Below are positions 25,914 through 27,789 of a DNA stretch of 27,789 nucleotides, piece after piece; within the stretch, counting starts at the first letter, position 1, and each line of letters opens with the position of its first letter. Source of the stretch: a virus (taxonomy: Duplodnaviria > Caudoviricetes); the IMG/VR virus record IMGVR_UViG_3300042901_000537, positions 1 through 27,789 of that record. One strand, given 5' to 3'. The notes under the pieces are model-generated. The model was not told the origin of the DNA. It made no database searches and saw only the letters and a program-made list of their open reading frames with translations. A program made the position numbers and the translations under genes.

Positions 25914-27789
25914 ATGGCATTTTCACCTAGAAGATTAATGCGTGGTGCCAGTGGTGCTGGCGGTTATCAAATCTCACGCAGTTTGAGGTTCAATGCTGCT
26001 GACTCTAATACGTTAACAAGAACCCCTGTAACTACTGGTTCTCGCACAACATACAGTTTAAGTTTTTGGATAAAAAATCCATTTACAAGTGGTTCTGATA
26101 ACCCTGTATGGGGTCAATCTTCAATAGCTAGGGAATCTTTAGCATTTCAAGGTTTTAGTTATGCTCACAATCCTATCCAATGGATTCCATTTACAGGATT
26201 TGAATTTAGAACAACTCAGGCTTTTAGAGACAATTCTGCTTGGTATCATGTTGTTGCAGTAGGTGATTCTACAAATGCAACTGCGGGAGATAGAGCAAGG
26301 TTATATATCAATGGTGTTCGTGTTACTGCCTTTGACCTTTCCTCAACGATTACTCAAAACGCACAAACAGGACAATTAAATACGGCAGTTTTGCATTACA
26401 TTGGCCAAACATGGTCTAGTGATGGCGCACTTCCAAGATTTTATCTTACTGAAATGAATTTCATTGATGGTCAAGCCCTGACCCCATCATCATTCGGTGA
26501 AACAAACGCACAAACAGGCGTATGGCAACCTAAAGCCTACTCAGGTAGCTACGGCACTAACGGCTTCTATCTGAACTTCTCAGACAACAGCAACACCACT
26601 GCCGCTACATTGGGTAAAGACTACTCAGGTAACGGCAACAACTGGACACCTAATAACTTCAGCGTGACTGCGGGTGCGGGTAATGACTCTGTTGTTGATT
26701 CACCAACTCCATACGGAACTGATACTGGTGTGGGTGGTGAGGTGCGTGGTAACTACGCTACGCTGAATCCATTGCATGGTGTTGCAACGTCAGGTGCTTT
26801 TTACCTTACCAATGGTAATTTAGACTTAAATGTTTTAGACAATAGTGGTTATAGAAACTTTGCGGCAACTATTAGTCCTGAAGGATTTAAAGGATATTGT
26901 GAAGTAAGAATGGCCACAGACCCAAACTTTCAAATTGGTTTTGCTTTTGAAAGTATTCTTCCATCAAACACACAATATCAAACTAATCCTCCAAACGCAT
27001 TTTATATGAGTGGAGATGGTAATTTTAGGAGTGGTCAGACTGTTGTAAGGTCTGCATATACGCCATCATTTGCTTCAGGTGATATTTTACAAATTGCTTT
27101 TGATTTTACTGGTGGCGCAAGAAATATTTGGTTTGGAAGAAATGGAACTTGGGGTACTAGTGCCGCTGGCCTTGGTGTCCCAGCAACTGGAACAAATCCA
27201 ATATTTACTGTTAGTGACCTTTCTCAAGCATGTAGGCTTTATTTTGGAATTAACACAGGTGCTGGAACTGTAACAATAAACACCAACTTTGGTCAACGCC
27301 CATTTGCCTACACAGCACCAACAGGATTCAAAGCACTTTGCACACGAAACTTGCCAGTGCCTACGATTGGGGCGACTACGGCTACGCAAGCGGGTAAGTA
27401 TTTTAATACCGTTTTATATACGGGTAATGGCACAACTCAAACAATTAGTGGCGTTGGATTCCAACCCGACTTTCTTTGGGTTAAATCTAGAAGTAATGCT
27501 TATTGGCATAGTTTACTGGATGTTGTTCGTGGTCGTGCTAAAACATTGTTTACTAATGTTACAAATGCAGAATTTACATCTGCAAGTGACAAAGAAGTTA
27601 CAGCATTTACTTCAGATGGTTTTAGTCTTGGTCCAGATGATAATTACAGCATCAACTCAAGTGGTGCAACATTTGTCGCATGGAACTGGAAAGCCGGCAG
27701 TAGCACCGTAACCAATACAGCAGGAACAATAACCAGCCAGGTAAGTGCAAATCCCACATCTGGTTTTAGTATTGTAACCTATACAGGTA
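25914..27789 (+). CDS. Receptor-binding/fibre protein with ConA-like (LamG) and SPRY-like domains; 3' end runs off the window
   Basis: Not in the ORF track. ATG at 25914 gives MAFSPRRLMRGASGAGGYQISRSLRFN..., FRDNSAWYHVV, RLYINGV, FIDGQALTPSSFGE, YGTNGFYLNF, NYATLNPL, IWFGRNGTW, NFGQRPFAYTAPTGFKALCT, YTGNG, GFQPDFLWVKSR, VAWNWKAG, GFSIVTYTG. Open to the window end (>625 aa). Confidence 0.85.
   Translation, partial: MAFSPRRLMRGASGAGGYQISRSLRFNAADSNTLTRTPVTTGSRTTYSLSFWIKNPFTSGSDNPVWGQSSIARESLAFQGFSYAHNPIQWIPFTGFEFRTTQAFRDNSAWYHVVAVGDSTNATAGDRARLYINGVRVTAFDLSSTITQNAQTGQLNTAVLHYIGQTWSSDGALPRFYLTEMNFIDGQALTPSSFGETNAQTGVWQPKAYSGSYGTNGFYLNFSDNSNTTAATLGKDYSGNGNNWTPNNFSVTAGAGNDSVVDSPTPYGTDTGVGGEVRGNYATLNPLHGVATSGAFYLTNGNLDLNVLDNSGYRNFAATISPEGFKGYCEVRMATDPNFQIGFAFESILPSNTQYQTNPPNAFYMSGDGNFRSGQTVVRSAYTPSFASGDILQIAFDFTGGARNIWFGRNGTWGTSAAGLGVPATGTNPIFTVSDLSQACRLYFGINTGAGTVTINTNFGQRPFAYTAPTGFKALCTRNLPVPTIGATTATQAGKYFNTVLYTGNGTTQTISGVGFQPDFLWVKSRSNAYWHSLLDVVRGRAKTLFTNVTNAEFTSASDKEVTAFTSDGFSLGPDDNYSINSSGATFVAWNWKAGSSTVTNTAGTITSQVSANPTSGFSIVTYTG

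Noticed and set aside
27070-27711. Track ORFs 27070-27273, 27087-27389 and 27289-27711
   Set aside because: They are out-of-frame or antisense overlaps of the long ORF starting at 25914.
1-27789. tRNA, CRISPR array, intron/intein, DGR repeats, intrinsic terminators
   Set aside because: Intergenic gaps are under about 35 bp, and I saw no spaced repeats, splicing motifs, long near-duplicate segments or GC hairpin plus U-tract. This was by eye only.

Overview
AT-rich, densely coding segment of a T4-like myovirus genome. It covers the tail/baseplate module, with gene order resembling aquatic (cyanophage-type) T4-likes. The minus-strand operon runs gp4 head completion, gp2, gp54-like tube initiator, gp26-like, gp51-like, then a tape-measure/gp29-position protein with a GH19 lysozyme-like domain (truncated at the window edge, missing from the ORF track). 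The divergent plus-strand operon runs gp48, gp53, gp27-like hub, a gp5 spike split into two genes, a hypothetical, gp25, gp6, gp7-like, gp8, a 2117-aa DUF4815/VrlC-like protein and several fibre/receptor-binding genes, the last truncated. Best finding: the gp26-like gene ends on overlapping -1 slippery heptamers (A AAT TTT / T TTT TTC). A perfect 10-bp long-range stem starts 6 nt later, and the -1 frame opens into the gp51-like region with no upstream canonical start codon. This looks like a lambda G/GT-type programmed frameshift for tail-assembly chaperones in a T4-like phage. Other points of interest: a lysozyme-less split gp5 with an HxH tip, a fibre protein with a cupredoxin-like copper site, probable leaderless late transcripts, Ala-Asn enrichment in virion proteins and GC-mosaic receptor-binding cassettes. 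All family assignments come from motif recognition and synteny, not database searches.
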